In this document: positions 42,263 to 57,053 of the stretch, in pieces
Layout of the letters: every line of letters begins with the position of its first letter
Position numbering within the stretch: position 1 is the first letter of the stretch
Assembly: GCA_951406725.2 (NCBI GenBank)
Contig: OX597833.1
Span: forward strand, 26,660,001-26,724,000
Origin: Octopus vulgaris
Lineage: Eukaryota
Reading direction: 5' to 3'
DNA length: 64,000 nucleotides
Translations under genes and position numbers: made by a program
Notes under the pieces: model-generated
What the model was told of the DNA's origin: nothing
Database searches by the model: none
Seen by the model: the letters and a program-made list of their open reading frames with translations, nothing else

Positions 42263-43243
42263 TAATTAGTAATTATTCTGTTGGCACCCCGTCGGTTACG
42301 ATTACGATGGTTCCATTTGATTCGATCGACGGCACAGCCTGCTCGTGAAATTAACATGCAAGTGGTTGCATACTCAGGAGACATGCGTACCCTTAACGTA
42401 GATCTCAAGGAGATTCAGTGTGACACATTGAACGCGGCATCGCAAATCGAACTCAGAACTTACGATCAAGAGCTGGATACACTAACCACTAAGTTACACA
42501 CTTTCACATTATGCTATTGCTCTGGAGGAAAACTGCCTATGTTGTTTATTACGATGGTATCTCATTGCTGAGGATGTTTCGTTGACTGCCTTCAAGGCAG
42601 ACAGTGTGAATTTAAGGACTATATCGATTCGGACAACTTAGCTTCCCATTTTTTCTGTATTTAATAACTGATGGCGAATTGATAGATTGTTCGCGCATAC
42701 TCCTACACCACCTTCACCAACATTTTCCCCACCTACAACACCAAGACCACTTTTAAAACAACCGAATTATGTGTCCCTGTACTAATATTAGAAATCATTA
42801 ATATACGGCAATCGATTTAATTGATTTTATACTGCCCTAAGAATTTTAATGCCAAGAACACATAAATAGGAAATTATATGCTTCCTGCTTGGAGATTTCC
42901 CTGTGGAGAAACATAATGAAATAGAAACATGAAAAGTACTATGAATAAAATGGCATATGTCTCTGTATGCTGATTACGTTTTCTGTTTCGAAATGTTTAC
43001 TGATGAAAAGAACTTCAAATCATAAAAACATGGAACAATAATTTTCGTAGTGGTTGGCAAATGTTAATGTTTTAGGTGAGCATGTTGAGCCCCTGTACTC
43101 TTTCTTAAATCTGGTACTTTTAAAGCAATTTCTACTAATCACACACTAACTAGATTCGGGAGATGAAAAATAAGACACCATTTTAGCAAGCGAGTCAAAC
43201 GTAAAGATACCCAGCGTAAAGGACACGTAAAAACGCACATGCA

Positions 43244-43307
<64 letters not shown>

Positions 43308-43319
43308 CATATATATATA

Positions 43320-43496
43320 TATTTAGTGTAGGAAGAAATGGAGCTGAACGAAGATTTAACAAAATTCCTTTTTATTATTTTCTACATATGTTTCAAAGGC
43401 TGCAGGGACTTTGCAGCCTTTGAAACATATGTAGAAAATAATAAAAAGGAATTTTGTTAAATCTTCGTTCAGCTCCATTTCTTCCTACACTAAATA
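43320..43496. repeat. Perfect hairpin (85-bp arms, 7-bp loop) within a (TA)n-flanked insert (43320-43650)
   Basis: 43320-43404 is the reverse complement of 43412-43496. Contains the half-HHR GAAACATATGTA at 43422-43433. Confidence 0.95.
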
Positions 43497-43647
43497 AATA
43501 TATAAAACTTCAAATTTCCACACTAAGGCACGGATTTGAGGCCCCATGGTCGTAACCTCAACCGTGCTTTTTCTGTTGTGATTTTTGCTACCCAGGTATC
43601 GGTTATCATTTGAATAATCCGTAATAAGATAATTCATTTATCTACTT

Positions 43648-43702
<55 letters not shown>

Positions 43703-43735
43703 TCATATATATATATATATATATACATACATACA

Positions 43736-43840
<105 letters not shown>

Positions 43841-43934
43841 CGGGAAGCTTTATGAAAATAAACAAAAGACGAAGGCAGGTAATACACACAAACAATTGTA
43901 TTAGTATGGCGCTCAGGAATATAAATAAAACAAG

Positions 43935-43972
43935 TCTTTTACGTTTCGAGCCTACGCTCTTCAACAGAAAGA
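43935..43972 (-). ncRNA. Atypical minimal hammerhead-like motif, copy 1, in a PLE-like fragment (43839-44030)
   Basis: Minus strand TCTTT-CTGTTGAA-GAGC-GTAG-GCTC-GAAA-CG-TA-AAAGA. Confidence 0.55.
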
Positions 43973-44713
43973 TACACAGAAAAGAAACACGGAAAGAAAC
44001 AAGGCGAGAAAAAAATGGCATATACATATACATATACATATATATATATATATATAATATTAAATTACGAATCACAAGCGGCGTTAGTAATGTAAACATT
44101 ATCGACTGCATATACACAATGTATGTGCTTCGATTATTCACCGAATTCACTGCAGGATGGCGTTTACAGAGAAACTTCCTAAAAACGCTGGGTGTTAAAA
44201 CAACTGAAAGTCATAGACCAAGCGAAACAATGAAGCATTGGTGTAACCATGATGTCATAATGATCTGACATCCAGCTTTCTTTATCTGCGCTCGTTCGTA
44301 ATTATACAATTTTATTGTATAATCAGTAGCATGCATATTAGTGCCAGGAGATAAAATGATTTATTATACACTTAAATTATTATATGACGAAGGTTGCGAA
44401 ACGACCGTAATCCCAAGGATGACAATTGGTTAAATAATTATATTCATCTCTCATACATCCTGACTTTTTTATGGTTTATATAATTATGAAATAATTTCAT
44501 CGATCGGATTTCCTGGATATCAGCTGCATAGAAATCTGATTATATCCTCCTGTATTTAGAGTACAATGTGGGCTGCAAAATATTTCAGTAATTGCCACAT
44601 GATCTTAAGAATCCATGAATTACACTACATATATATATGTAATTGAACGCCACACATCCATTTCCAAGTGTGTGTATATATATATGTGCGTGTGTGTGTG
44701 TGTGTGCGCGTGT

Positions 44714-44777
<64 letters not shown>

Positions 44778-45349
44778 AAGACCTTGATCATATGGGTCCA
44801 CACTGCTTAAATCAAGCTCGTTTTTTCTCTCTAATTTTTATTACATCTTTCAGAATATATTGTTTTGTAAGACAGCCAAAGAAATTCCACCTTGCCATGA
44901 CATTCATTTTGTTTCCCAGAGAATGGATGTAAGTGTGCCTACTCTGCAAATATCCGTGAGAGTGAGAGTCTGCGGTTACGGACAAAGCAGAAGGAGACGT
45001 CTATATAAAGAAACTAAAAATGCTACAAAATTAGCAGATTATTTCATAGCAAAGGTATATCAGTATTTCAATTAATCTGTATTTTTTTAAACAAACGTGC
45101 AAGACTCAGGCACCTTCTCCCACAAACCACACACACAAAAAGCAACACTCTCTCACTTTCCACTTTCCACACAGAAACTCACTGCGTACTGACGGAATCT
45201 TAAGTTTATTGACACCAATTCGTTTAGTTAAAGCTTTTAGTATAAGCTCAAGAAACTTCTTGAATTTTTCTCTGCAATTGTGGTCGTACAAATATACGTG
45301 AGGATATGTGCGTTCGTGTATGGTTGAAGTAGTTTATGTATGTGTATGA

Positions 45350-45360
45350 GTTGGTGATGA

Positions 45361-45430
<70 letters not shown>

Positions 45431-45481
45431 GGTGGTGGTGGTGGTGGTGGTGGTGATGGTGGTTTTGGTGGTGGTGGTAGT

Positions 45482-45565
<84 letters not shown>

Positions 45566-46058
45566 AAGTAGTAGTAAATATATAGAGTATTATTTCATAC
45601 TTTGAAACATTGAGCAAAAAAATAGTGTTAAAGTTGATGATGGTGCCTATTCCTGTTATACGTTTGCTATTGTTATAATTGTTGTTGCTGTATTTGATGT
45701 GTTCGTTGTTATTGTTGCTATTGTCTTCTTCTTCTTCTTCTTCTTCTTCTTCTCCTTCTCCTTCTTCTTCTTCCTCTTCTCCTCCTTCTTCTCCTTCTTC
45801 TTCTTCTTCTTCTCCTCCTTCTTCTTCTTCTTCTTCTACTTCTCCTTCTTCTTCTGCTTCTTCTTCTCCTTCTTTTACTTCTTCTTCTTCCTCTCCTTCT
45901 TCTTCTACTTCTTCTTCTCCTTCTTCTTCTCCTCCTCCTTCTTCTCCTTCTTCTTCTTCTTCTACTCCTTCTTCTTCTTCTTCTTTTTCTTCTTCTTCTT
46001 CTTCTTCTTCTTCTTCTTCTTCTTCTTCTTCTTCTTCTTCTTCTTCTTCTCTTCTTCT
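45350..46058. repeat. Compound triplet microsatellites (TAG)n, (TGG)n, (TTC/TCC)n
   Basis: Direct reading; source of the poly-E/T/H/Y 279-aa ORF. Confidence 0.97.
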
Positions 46059-46835
46059 AATCAGGACTGACCCCATTAGCCAGAAAAAATAGTCTCCAAT
46101 TCAAGCCTACTCTAAGCTATTAAGAACGCGTGTGGCAACTTGAAGATCCACGCACCACACGCGATAGACTGGCGGTTGCACGGGCGCGAAAGCTACGTTG
46201 TTACCCTCATTTCGTAAATGGCGGCTTTTAACAGGTGGAGAGCTGAACCATCATGGGGTAGAGAGGATTCGCAATCTAGACTAAGGTCTGAAAGTTTACC
46301 ACACCATAGTGGGTTACACCAAGGTTCCTCTGCTTTGTGGCAGAAGTAGGAAGAAAAAGTGCTCTAACCACTGGGCCATTGCACCTCAACTTATTGCTTT
46401 TGTTATTGCATTTGCTGTGTTCGCTGTTGTTAAAATCAACTTTCTCGAGCAGGCGGATCTATGACCAAATATATTGATACAGTAAACACTCCATTTTATA
46501 TTCAGATTCATGGTAACTAGGACTAGATGATCAAAGAAGTCCTACGCTTATTTAACTTTAAGTGCAGCGATGTCCTATGACACAAATTCGCTTCTTATTT
46601 TTGTAGGTCAATCGATAACTTACAGGATTCTACTTTATTTGACTAGCTTTTTCTGTCTTTTATCACTTCAGTAAGCAGTATTTTTTCATATATCATATAT
46701 ATTATAATACAGTCTAATATACAAATGCATATATGCGTGTATGTGTGCGCATGTATGTGTATATGATTATATATACATACATATGTATATATATATATAT
46801 ATGTATATATATGTATATATACACACACAACCCCC

Positions 46836-46943
<108 letters not shown>

Positions 46944-46953
46944 TATTGTGTTG

Positions 46954-47142
46954 TGTCTGGGGAGAGTCATTCTCTTTTAGTGCCTTATAATTTTACATAC
47001 TCACCAATAAAGTTTCCACAATTGAAAAGGTTGCAAGACACAAGGAAAATTTTAGGAAAAATAAATAGGTAAATGAGTGGAAACTTTACTGGTGAGTGTG
47101 TAAAATTATAAGGCTCTAAAAGAGAATGACTCGCCCCAGACA
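46954..47142. repeat. Inverted repeat (66-bp arms, 57-bp spacer) at the edge of a (TA)n-flanked insert
   Basis: 46954-47019 versus 47077-47142, about 5 mismatches. Confidence 0.9.
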
Positions 47143-47766
47143 GAATATGCTTCAACACACGAACTCACATAAAGAATCTTGCAAACAAAACCCAAAAACG
47201 TAATATATAGTTCAATTTCACGCTGAATTATGTGTTTGTTTTTATTTTTGTCTTCTGCAATTTTATTTTTGGATCTTCAATATATATGAAAAATTTTCCT
47301 CCGTCTGTAAGTTTTATTGTCTCTACAAAACGGAAAGTTGCATTATGGAACAATCATTTTAACGAGATTTTTTTAATTTATTTATCAGCATAATGGAGTT
47401 GTAATAGATTGCCTGAATGTCATCCACCTTAATTATACATTAGTTACTATAAACATTTGAATTATATCTACTTGAGCTTTATTATGCTTAACACTCCAGA
47501 TGAATGTATTGTTTTACAACTACATTATATACAACCTTACACCCCTTCTAAGGGGTCTACCATTTGTATACTATGTTATTTATGTATACAATTTTAGAAG
47601 TTAACGCTTTGCAGCCGTTTAATCAGAATGAGGAAATCGAACATCTATTTTGTATAGCTTTATCTACCTTTGAAGGGATTCGACTCTCAAATAATTTTAA
47701 ATTTAATTAATTAATTTTCTGAGGGTCTGAAATTATAACATATAAAATACTACTCTATTCTCTCAT

Positions 47767-47826
<60 letters not shown>

Positions 47827-47907
47827 TATATGCATATATAAATACATATATGTACATACCTACATCTATATGTATATATACATGGTTATATGGGTACTGG
47901 AAATCAA

Positions 47908-47965
47908 AAAAACGTTGAACACAATGAGAAACGAAAAACATAAAAACCATTGTGTTCAACGTTTT
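47908..47965. repeat. Short perfect inverted repeat (18 bp, 22-bp spacer)
   Basis: AAAACGTTGAACACAATG / CATTGTGTTCAACGTTTT. Confidence 0.85.
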
Positions 47966-48094
47966 GTATATATATGCATGTATATATACACATAGATGTA
48001 GGTATGTAGATATAAGTATGTATATATGCATATATTTATATATTATTGATATTATTGTATGTTCGAACGCCACGCATCCTTTTCCAAGTAAGTT

Positions 48095-48128
<34 letters not shown>

Positions 48129-48130
48129 CT

Positions 48131-48237
<107 letters not shown>

Positions 48238-48279
48238 TATATAAATGACTCAAGTTGAATAAACTTGGCGTTAGGCTAG

Positions 48280-49605
48280 GCTAGGCCGAATTTTCTTGTC
48301 TCTAGGCTAAACCGATAATAATCATTCCCAGTTCTGTACTTTATTTATGAATGCATTTTCAATAATTCATGGTTAATAAAAACCTATTTTAGGCTTACAA
48401 ACAAATAATTTTTATTTCTTAATACAGCACGATGAAAAAATAATCTAAATTTACGAATACAATTTGGCGGAGTTTACCGTACATCGCAGACGCTTTATTT
48501 ATGAATGCGATTTTGCTTTAGAAAAAAAAATTATTTTAAATTTACCAACACGTACATTCAATTTGGTGGTTTACATCGCGGATGTAGATGGTTGTTGATC
48601 GTCAAAATCAACAGCTGACTCTGGTTGTTCTTGCCGTTCAATGCGCTTAAAAACCTGATTGAGTGTTCCTTGAACTGCCGTCTTCTTTTCCTCAAGGATT
48701 ACATTATAAAGAGCAAAAGCTTCTTGAAAAGCCCCCATAATTTTGGAAAACTGTGAGCATTTGGATCCAAATCCTCGAACATAGAAATACCTTTTTCGAT
48801 ATATGCAAATGCTTGCTGCATTTTCTTAATGGTAAAGTGATGTGGCTCAGGTTCGACTTCCTCTACTTCTTTATTTTGCTGCTCATAAAGCTCTATCAAA
48901 TCCTCGTTCGTTAGGGCATGCCTGTCGTTTTCAAATATATCTGTCAAATCCTCCTCCTACAAATCCATTTCTAGTTCTTTGCTCGTAGTCACTAACTTTT
49001 TGTTGATGGTAACATTATCAAATCCCTTTAAATCATTCACGAATTGCAGGCATAGTTTCTTCCATATACCATTCATAGCTAGTTTATCATCCAGCGTTAT
49101 AGCATAACGCTTAGCACTTACATTATGAATTTTCTTAGGAGCCGGGTGGGGGCGAGCAAAAAATGATGTCACAAATGAATGAGAATGAGAAAGTAGCTGA
49201 TAAACAGACGTGTACAGATCTGAATTCAAATCAATCGCGGGAATCACAAGTGACAACGACGCCTAGCGATAGATATTGGAACTAAAGTGCAATATGACCA
49301 CCGAAAGACCGATAAATAAGCCAACTCAGCTCGTTTTATTATTTCGTTCACTAACTACACTACTTTATGATGTGTATCTTAACATTGACAGTACTTAATT
49401 TAATATGATTTTATATGCTTATATTCGTACAGTAACATGATTTTATGTGCTCTAACGGTTTTCGAGTGATTTTACGATTGCAATATTTGTGGCGGACAGA
49501 TGAAAAGTCGAGTAAAATTACTTAAGTAGATTTTTATTTTTCCATATATTTTGAAAACCGACGTATAATCGAGAACGACTTAAATCGAAACAACTAGAGT
49601 CGAAG
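48280..49605 (-). mobile_element. Tigger/pogo-like DNA transposon, internally deleted
   Basis: N-terminal APKK..KRYAITLDDKL is fused to C-terminal MNGIWKKLCLQFVNDLKGF and LTNEDLIEL...FTIKKMQQAFAYIEKGISMFEDLDPN, typical of Tigger transposases. The DDE core is absent and the ends are approximate. Confidence 0.8.
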
Positions 49606-50729
49606 TATATTTTTAGAATATCTCGAAGCACACACTGAAAGCTATAAATAACAGCCTGTAAATATTGGGATAAAAGATCTTCTGGGTTAGAAAACGTGGA
49701 AGGCTGCGCGTGGTACTCGAACCCACATCTCCTGTAGATAAGACACGTTCCAAAATTTCAACCCACTATTTGCATGACATAGTTTATAGTTCATGTGCGT
49801 GCTTCCAGGCATACAAAAAAGAATTATTTCACATTCTCTCGAATTTTTTTAGTTTTTTGAGACGTCAATATACGTGCGCGCGCGGTGTAGATTATATTAC
49901 CCGGCAATTTTCCACCCGGTATGACATAACATCATTTTGCATCATACGATATCACTATAACAAGATCATTACAGTCTTCGCTTTTATACCGTGTTCTTTA
50001 TTCAATTGATATTGTTCAATAAGTGAATAAAATCGGCGCCACACTTATTTCCTTCTTTCGAACATGCAATTTATACATAGTACATATATACACATACACG
50101 TATACATGCTTACATGCTTACATACGTACACAAATACATGTATGTATGGTTGCTTGCATACATACAGACACTTACACAGACATACAGGTGCTAATCGAGG
50201 TAGAATGGTTGACTAGTCGGCGAATATGGATATCAGTGGCCTGTCTCCTCTAAATCCAATGACGAATACTACAATTTTCTTGGAACAGAAGAGAATATTG
50301 TAAATATTAGCGCTTGGGTAATTTAATTTGACAAGGGAATGCTTCAGCAGAGTCTCGAATATATCGAAGTAAGAAATATCCGCATTTGATAAAGCATTTT
50401 CACGTAATTCTTCTACAGTGCCAGTTTTATACGAAAATTTAGAGTACTAGATCGTACAACTGAAGAAATCTTCAACTAGGATATGAATTCCACGAAAGCA
50501 TATGCCACGATTGGCAATATTAACAGCAGCAGTAACAGCATCTATGGTTGGATGGTGGTATAAGGTCAGATCAAAAACGGTAACTTATCACTAAGTCTAA
50601 ACCTATTGAAGAGACAAGTGAAAAATATACACTTCACTTATATATATATATTTCACGTGTATATTTTCACAGCAGGGAAAATAACATCCCGAGAGGAACG
50701 GATACATGAAATAAAATTCACTATATATT

Positions 50730-50830
50730 AAGGTAGTGAGCTGGCAGAATTGTTAGCACGTCGAACAAAATGATTTGCGCCATTTCGTCCGTCTTCATGT
50801 TCTGAGGTCAAATTCTGCCGATGTCCACAT
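50730..50830 (+). mobile_element. SINE family A, 5' fragment
   Basis: AAGGTAGTGAGCTGGCAGAATTGTTAGCACG...GAGGTCAAATTCTGCCG. Confidence 0.75.
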
Positions 50831-52060
50831 ATCTACAATTTGAAAACTAAGAAGCATTGATGAAAGAATCCAATAAAAACTGCGGTCAGATGCAAACTTA
50901 AAGTACCAGGTTTTGTTCTACAACACGGAATGCAAATCATACATGATTTGTATTCTCTGTACCGTACAACAATACCAGATCTTATCACAATTGTAGAAAA
51001 TAGATCCAAACAATGATTGGAAAAATCCTTCCAAAAACAACGAAAACTGCACAAGAGACAATAAATCAGTACACAGAGTGAGTTGCACATAAGTGCTTGA
51101 AAGGAAAAATGCAAACGATAGACGGAATAACACGCCAAGATCCTGGCATGTAGTACCAACAACTTTATAAAAATCTCACGTTGTAAGCTACTTCTATGTA
51201 ATCATAAATCGAAAAATCCCCACCAGTTATCTTTTACAGAAAATACAGAAAGTATCAGATAAACAAATAAGCAAAACCACAATTGTAAACGTCAGCTGCC
51301 GATTTGATGTCTAAGTGAGAAGAAAAATTAAGGCGAGTGAAGATATTTGCATTACAAACGCTTGATAAAGAGTTATCTGATCTAGGATTAAAAATACGCT
51401 TTCAACTTGAATACCTACTATAACCGGAGTAAAGTATGTGTATGAATCCGCCTGGATTACGAATCTTCAATTATCGAAGAGAGAACGTAGTTTCATAATT
51501 CCTATGCTACAAGCGATTATAATATCTGAGCTAAAAAATAGCTTAGACTAAGAAAATATAAATAATGAATTATTACCTCTAGGCAGCTAAAAGGACATGA
51601 TACATTCTTCGTATTATCATATTTAACTTGTTTATAATTTTGCAACCGAGCATGTGACGTCGAAATAAACACCAAATCTCTAACCAGGAAAGGAAATTAT
51701 GCCTACAGAACTACACACACATACATACACACGCAAATACACACACATACTACATATAAATGTATATATATATATATAGATATAGATATAGGTATATATA
51801 TATGGGTTTGTGTGTGTGTGAGCGCGCACGAGTGTGTGTGTGTGTACTTGTATGCGTATGTATTTATCTATATTCAAATTTTATTCGGGTACAAACCTTG
51901 TAGTATGCTGTGTGAAGCTCGTTCACAATTACTGAGTTACCTGACGTCAACATCAGTAGAGAAATACATATGCTACTGGATTTGCTTCAGGAATTCCTTT
52001 GTGTCTAGAGAGTTTATAGATCAGTCAGAAAATGAAATTCATGAGTTTCTTTATTAAAAT

Positions 52061-52165
52061 CCACTACAATCGTTTCGAATCATCCTGCATCTGTAAATCA
52101 GTGGTGAGATGTTGTACAATCAATTGTCTTGCATCACGTGTGCAGATTGCATCTCTTCAGTTGTC
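52061..52165 (-). ncRNA. Decayed hammerhead-like motif with a long stem II
   Basis: Minus strand CTGAAGA-GA...(about 70 nt)...TC-GAAA-CGATTG-TA followed by AATAAA. Stem I no longer pairs. Confidence 0.4.
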
Positions 52166-52437
52166 TCTTCAAACAGGTATCTCTCTCCGTCTTCTCTCCA
52201 TTCTAGTTAGTCTAAATAGCTGTCACATTCAAGCAGGTTTCATAAGAAACTTGGATTGGGAATACAGACTCCTCTTGAAAAGAAGTAATACAATGAAATA
52301 CACCGACAACAATAAAGATAAATAAAATCATAGAAACATGAAACATACACATCAAAAATCCAACGGGACAGTGCTATTAAAACAAAAAATGTGTGTTTGT
52401 GTGTTTGTGTGTATAGGTGCATAGTTATGTGTATATC

Positions 52438-52514
<77 letters not shown>

Positions 52515-52913
52515 TGGTATATATTAGTTTGTTTCACATGAAATTTCGTATTTGAAAGATAGCAATAGATTGCTCCGGAAGTGTTAAAGAACTGATTTAT
52601 TTAATCAAAGTATGATCCCTGTCCATTTATGAAGTTTACCCAACGTTTCTCTATGTCATACATTCTATCTTTAAAAACAATTCATCTTCTGCTGTGATAA
52701 CCTGTCCGAATGGTTACGTCCTCTTAACTTAGTGGTTCGGCAAATTAGACCCATATAATAAGTACAGGGTTTACAAAAATAAGTCCTGGGTTTGATTGGT
52801 TCGAATAAAACCCTTCAAGGTAATACCCCAGCATGGCTGCAGTCTAATGACTGAAACAAGTAAAAGATAAAAGAAAGACACACACATATATATCTTTATA
52901 TATACATATATAC

Positions 52914-52991
<78 letters not shown>

Positions 52992-52998
52992 ATATATA

Positions 52999-53050
<52 letters not shown>

Positions 53051-53059
53051 TACCTATTC

Positions 53060-53900
53060 GAGACATTGGTCAGTTTTCAGAGAAGTAGATAGACAGTTCA
53101 AAGCGTTGCTTAGTGAAAGCAGTTATCAAGGTAAAACTAAAGAAATTCTGATCTAAAAAGACAAAAACCTGTTGGTGTTGGCAAATGTAATGAAAATATC
53201 ATGAGAAATTCGTTCCAGCTCGACCTCAAAAATCGATATAACGCATTAAATGCAGGAACAGATAACTATCATTAATGGAGTAAATTCAAAGATATTAGAA
53301 TTTATAGAGTCGGAAATAGACTAGGAATAAATGGAAGAAAGCGTAGCGAAGAGGAAACATTGTTAGAAACAGAGTGTTAAGAGGGGTAGTAGTCGCCAAA
53401 GAGAAGTATAAAGAAGTGGACAGAGAAGTAAAACAGAAACGTTGTCGCAAAGATAAGGAAAAGTGGGTTGAAAGCACAGAAGTTTCCGCTACAAAAAATG
53501 ATTCATAAACCATATGGGAACTCTCAAGCAACTGTCATGGTATGGAAGCAGTGATGGAGGTATGTCTGTAAAATGATAAACAGATGAAAACGAAGATGGA
53601 CATATTAAGTTGATCATTTCCATCTGAATCTAATAAGATATTTATTTATGTCCCATTTTAAAAAATAATCTTGAAAAAGATCTTGATAAGATGACGTTGC
53701 AGGAGGTGTGCAAAGTTTTGGCTCGACTATAAAATGACAAAGCTGCAAGTACAGAATCAATCCCAGTGGAGCTTGTTGAATATAGAAGGAAAGCTACGTG
53801 GATAGCGCCACATAATCTAGCAGGACTTAACATGTAGTGTGATGGGAAAATACTAACGTTCGTTATTAAACTGCTGAAAAGTTATGTTAATGATTGCCCA
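53060..53900 (+). mobile_element. Degenerate RTE-like LINE fragment (linker between endonuclease and RT)
   Basis: Fragments FQLDLKNRYNAL, EKYKEVDREVKQKRCRKDKEKWVE and EVCKVLARL*NDKAASTESIPVEL (compare EEV..AI..LKNGKAAG.D.IPAELLK). Confidence 0.7.
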
Positions 53901-55482
53901 AAGTGGCAAAAAATCTCTCCCTTTGCAATGACCACCAACTTATTTTTTGTTGTTGTACAAAAGAGAATGAGGAAGATAATTCACGGATTTTTACGAAATC
54001 CGTATTCTGAACTTCTTGAAGGGAGATCATGTTCCTGTCTTTCCTTTGCGCTACAACCACAGCCATTAAGACTGACGACTTGCAAAAGATTATTGGCAAT
54101 TTAAACAAACTTTTAATGGAAAATGAGCAAAATTAATCGTATACCTAACACCTTAATAAACATAATGAAGGCAATGCATTAGAGTTTTAATTAGTCTGTG
54201 CGTATTAATTAGAGCTTGATTTGTTAACTGACTTGTCAACCTTTGGAAACTGAACAGCATGATATTAAGAACTGAAATTTCAATTTGTAGAAGTGTGGTG
54301 CCTTGGTATTACACATGCTCTATTTGCATATTTTAGCCGATTTCCTGCAAAGTATTCTTTAGCTACATCAAATGCTTGCAGATTTTCTACAACTTTCTGT
54401 ATCAAGATATATCATAATAATATTACTAAATGTGAATACAGTTTTATATAATATAAGTCTGAATTATTATATAATTCTGTGCGCACATTAAGCTTATTCA
54501 TTTTATTTCTTAAGCCAGACTGATAAATATTTTATGTCACGCTAACGAGTATTAGGTCAATCGCAGTGGACATAAGGGAATCTAACCTCCCGCTCCATTG
54601 ATGACTTCCCTCAGTCAAATGAAAATAACAGCGCAGACTAGCAACATAGATCCTTATGTTTAGTGTCCACCCGTTTACTCTTATATCTCTTTTCTTTATA
54701 ATATTAAAATGTGCCCATGTGTTTTTGTGTATAAATATAAATAGTGTCGTATATTCCTATTTAAATAACTCAGTTAACTACAGTTGAAAGCCAGTTATTC
54801 AACACATAAGAAAGAACACACACGTGCGCGCACTCAGAAAGACACACAAACACACTGAAGCGCGTGCACGTATTAGAATATTGACTCTTACAAAAGTAGG
54901 TTTCTTCATTTGAGTACTTATGTAGAGAGTGGCAAATTCTAAACTGAAGGAGGAATGACTTGCCTTGTGCATGTGTGTGCGTACAAGTGCCTATGCATAT
55001 GTGTATTTATACGTGGTGTGTTGTGCGTTTATGTGCATTAACGAGTGTAAACATTGTTCTATATGTGGGTAAGAAACATTGCGGGCCGGTGACTGTAAAT
55101 GTAGCAGAGACCTTGCATTTGTGTTTGCATGCATGCATATGTATGAGTTTCTCATTTCGTGTACGTTGTTTATACGTATATTGTTTGTATATGAGGCCGA
55201 TTTATAAGTGCTTGTCATATTGAGATAGAAAGAGAGAGTGAAAGGAAGAGTGAGAGAGAGAGAGGGGGAGAAAGAGCTAGAGGTGAGCTGAGACAGATAA
55301 CGTGAAATCTAAACAAACGGGATGAGAGACAATAAACATGCAAATAAGAGATAGAGACAAAGGAGGTGGAAGTCAGAAAAAGAGAAAGAAAGATCAGAGT
55401 CATCGAAACCGATGGACAGTTTAAACTCTGCTAATATATAATTAAACTGGTAATAATATACATAAGTATATAACTATATTAA

Positions 55483-55584
55483 GGGAGCAAGGGCGAAAGC
55501 GACCCTACTCCAGCATGCTTGACGTGCCGATCCCTTCAAAAAACTACCTATCGGCACTTCAAGCATGTTTTCGCCCTTGCTCCC
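55483..55584. mobile_element. 102-bp hairpin MITE with TTAA target duplication (Kolobok-like ends)
   Basis: TTAA-GGGAGCAAGGGCGAAA...TTTCGCCCTTGCTCCC-TTAA, plus an inner inverted repeat CATGCTTGACGTGCCGAT / ATCGGCACTTCAAGCATG. Confidence 0.75.
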
Positions 55585-56097
55585 TTAATAAAAATACATA
55601 CACATGTATATCATTATTAATATAATGTATAAATTGCCTATAAGTTGTTATAGCATGCTGACTACCTGATAAAAACCATTAACGTGATTTTTATCCTTAC
55701 ATTCTATATATATATGGGAATAATAGAAATAGTTGAAGTGCACTAAGAATATTTTAACTTTTTTCAGGAATGGGTTCTCGGTAGATTGTCATTTTAGAAA
55801 TGAGATTCATAATTGGAGAACCAAAGAGCACATCCCTCCGACCGTTGAAGAGATTTTAATTTCTCACATTTTTCTCTCCAAACTTTTATATTGTTTTCTC
55901 GGCCTTCCGAAGTTTTTGAAATTTCTGTTAGCATTTCTGCATCAGTCGTTTTAAATTTTTCTCCGTTGGAATTTGTTCTTTGCCGTAATAGCTGGGCTTC
56001 CATTTTGAATTTGTCGAGAATCATGTTTTCTCTAAGATTTTGTTGTTTTTCGGGTTCATTAGCGATAGTTTGTATGTGTTCAGGGGGCGTTCTCCTC

Positions 56098-56136
<39 letters not shown>

Positions 56137-56537
56137 CACACATATATATGTGCGCGCGTGTGTGTGTGTACACATACATACAAACATAAATACATACATA
56201 TACATTAAATAGGAACACAAATGGGTTAAAGGCTCAAAATAGTCTAATTGTCTCTTCTGCATTGGAATATGATTTGTTTATAGGGCCTACCATATACATA
56301 TTCGGATAATTCCATTATTTCCATGAACCTGCATTGAAATTTCTTTAAATTATTGCTGTAGACATATAAATATATATTGTTGATAGCTATATGTTCTTGT
56401 TTGTAATAAGCGTATGCTATAAATGTATGTAACTGTGTATATTTATGATTCAAATTGATACAAAAAAACAAAACAGAGAGACTCGTGAGTGAACAAGGAA
56501 CAAGATATACTATTTTGACGCTCAGGAAAAATAGAAG

Positions 56538-56575
56538 TCTTTGACGTTTCGAGCCTGCGCTCTCCTACAGAAAGA
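56538..56575 (-). ncRNA. Atypical minimal hammerhead-like motif, copy 2
   Basis: Minus strand TCTTT-CTGTAGGA-GAGC-GCAG-GCTC-GAAA-CG-TC-AAAGA. Confidence 0.5.
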
Positions 56576-56719
56576 AGAGAGGGGAAAAACAGATGGTAAG
56601 AGGAACAGAAACATACGCAGGTGCGCTCGCGCAGGTGTGGACTGACCTTTTAGTTATATGTATAAACAATAAATGAAATGAATTGGTATTTATCTTTTAC
56701 CACTACAGTACACAGATTT

Positions 56720-56764
<45 letters not shown>

Positions 56765-57003
56765 CACTCATGCACACTTTTTCTTTCCTCGTTCTCGGGA
56801 ATTAGTGTTCGTGCGATGATGAGTCTAAATAGTTGTAGGATTGAGTGTGCCATGTGCTTCATGTAAGAGACGAGGGTTTCAGTCACAACAGAAGCTTGCA
56901 AATTAGAACCATTTCATGAGCAACCGCTCGTGAATGGCCATAAAATGAGTGAAAATCCTACATTTTCATCCTGTTTAGGACCGTCTCCTAAAGTATATAT
57001 ATA

Positions 57004-57053
<50 letters not shown>

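Noticed and set aside
45237-46092. 279-aa poly-E/T/H/Y ORF and overlapping poly-S/F/V ORFs
   Set aside because: Pure triplet microsatellites, open in several frames at once.
55794-56195. 133-aa ORF with a charged helical segment
   Set aside because: Starts in a microsatellite and has no recognisable domain. Possibly a retroelement N-terminal scrap, but I cannot assign it.
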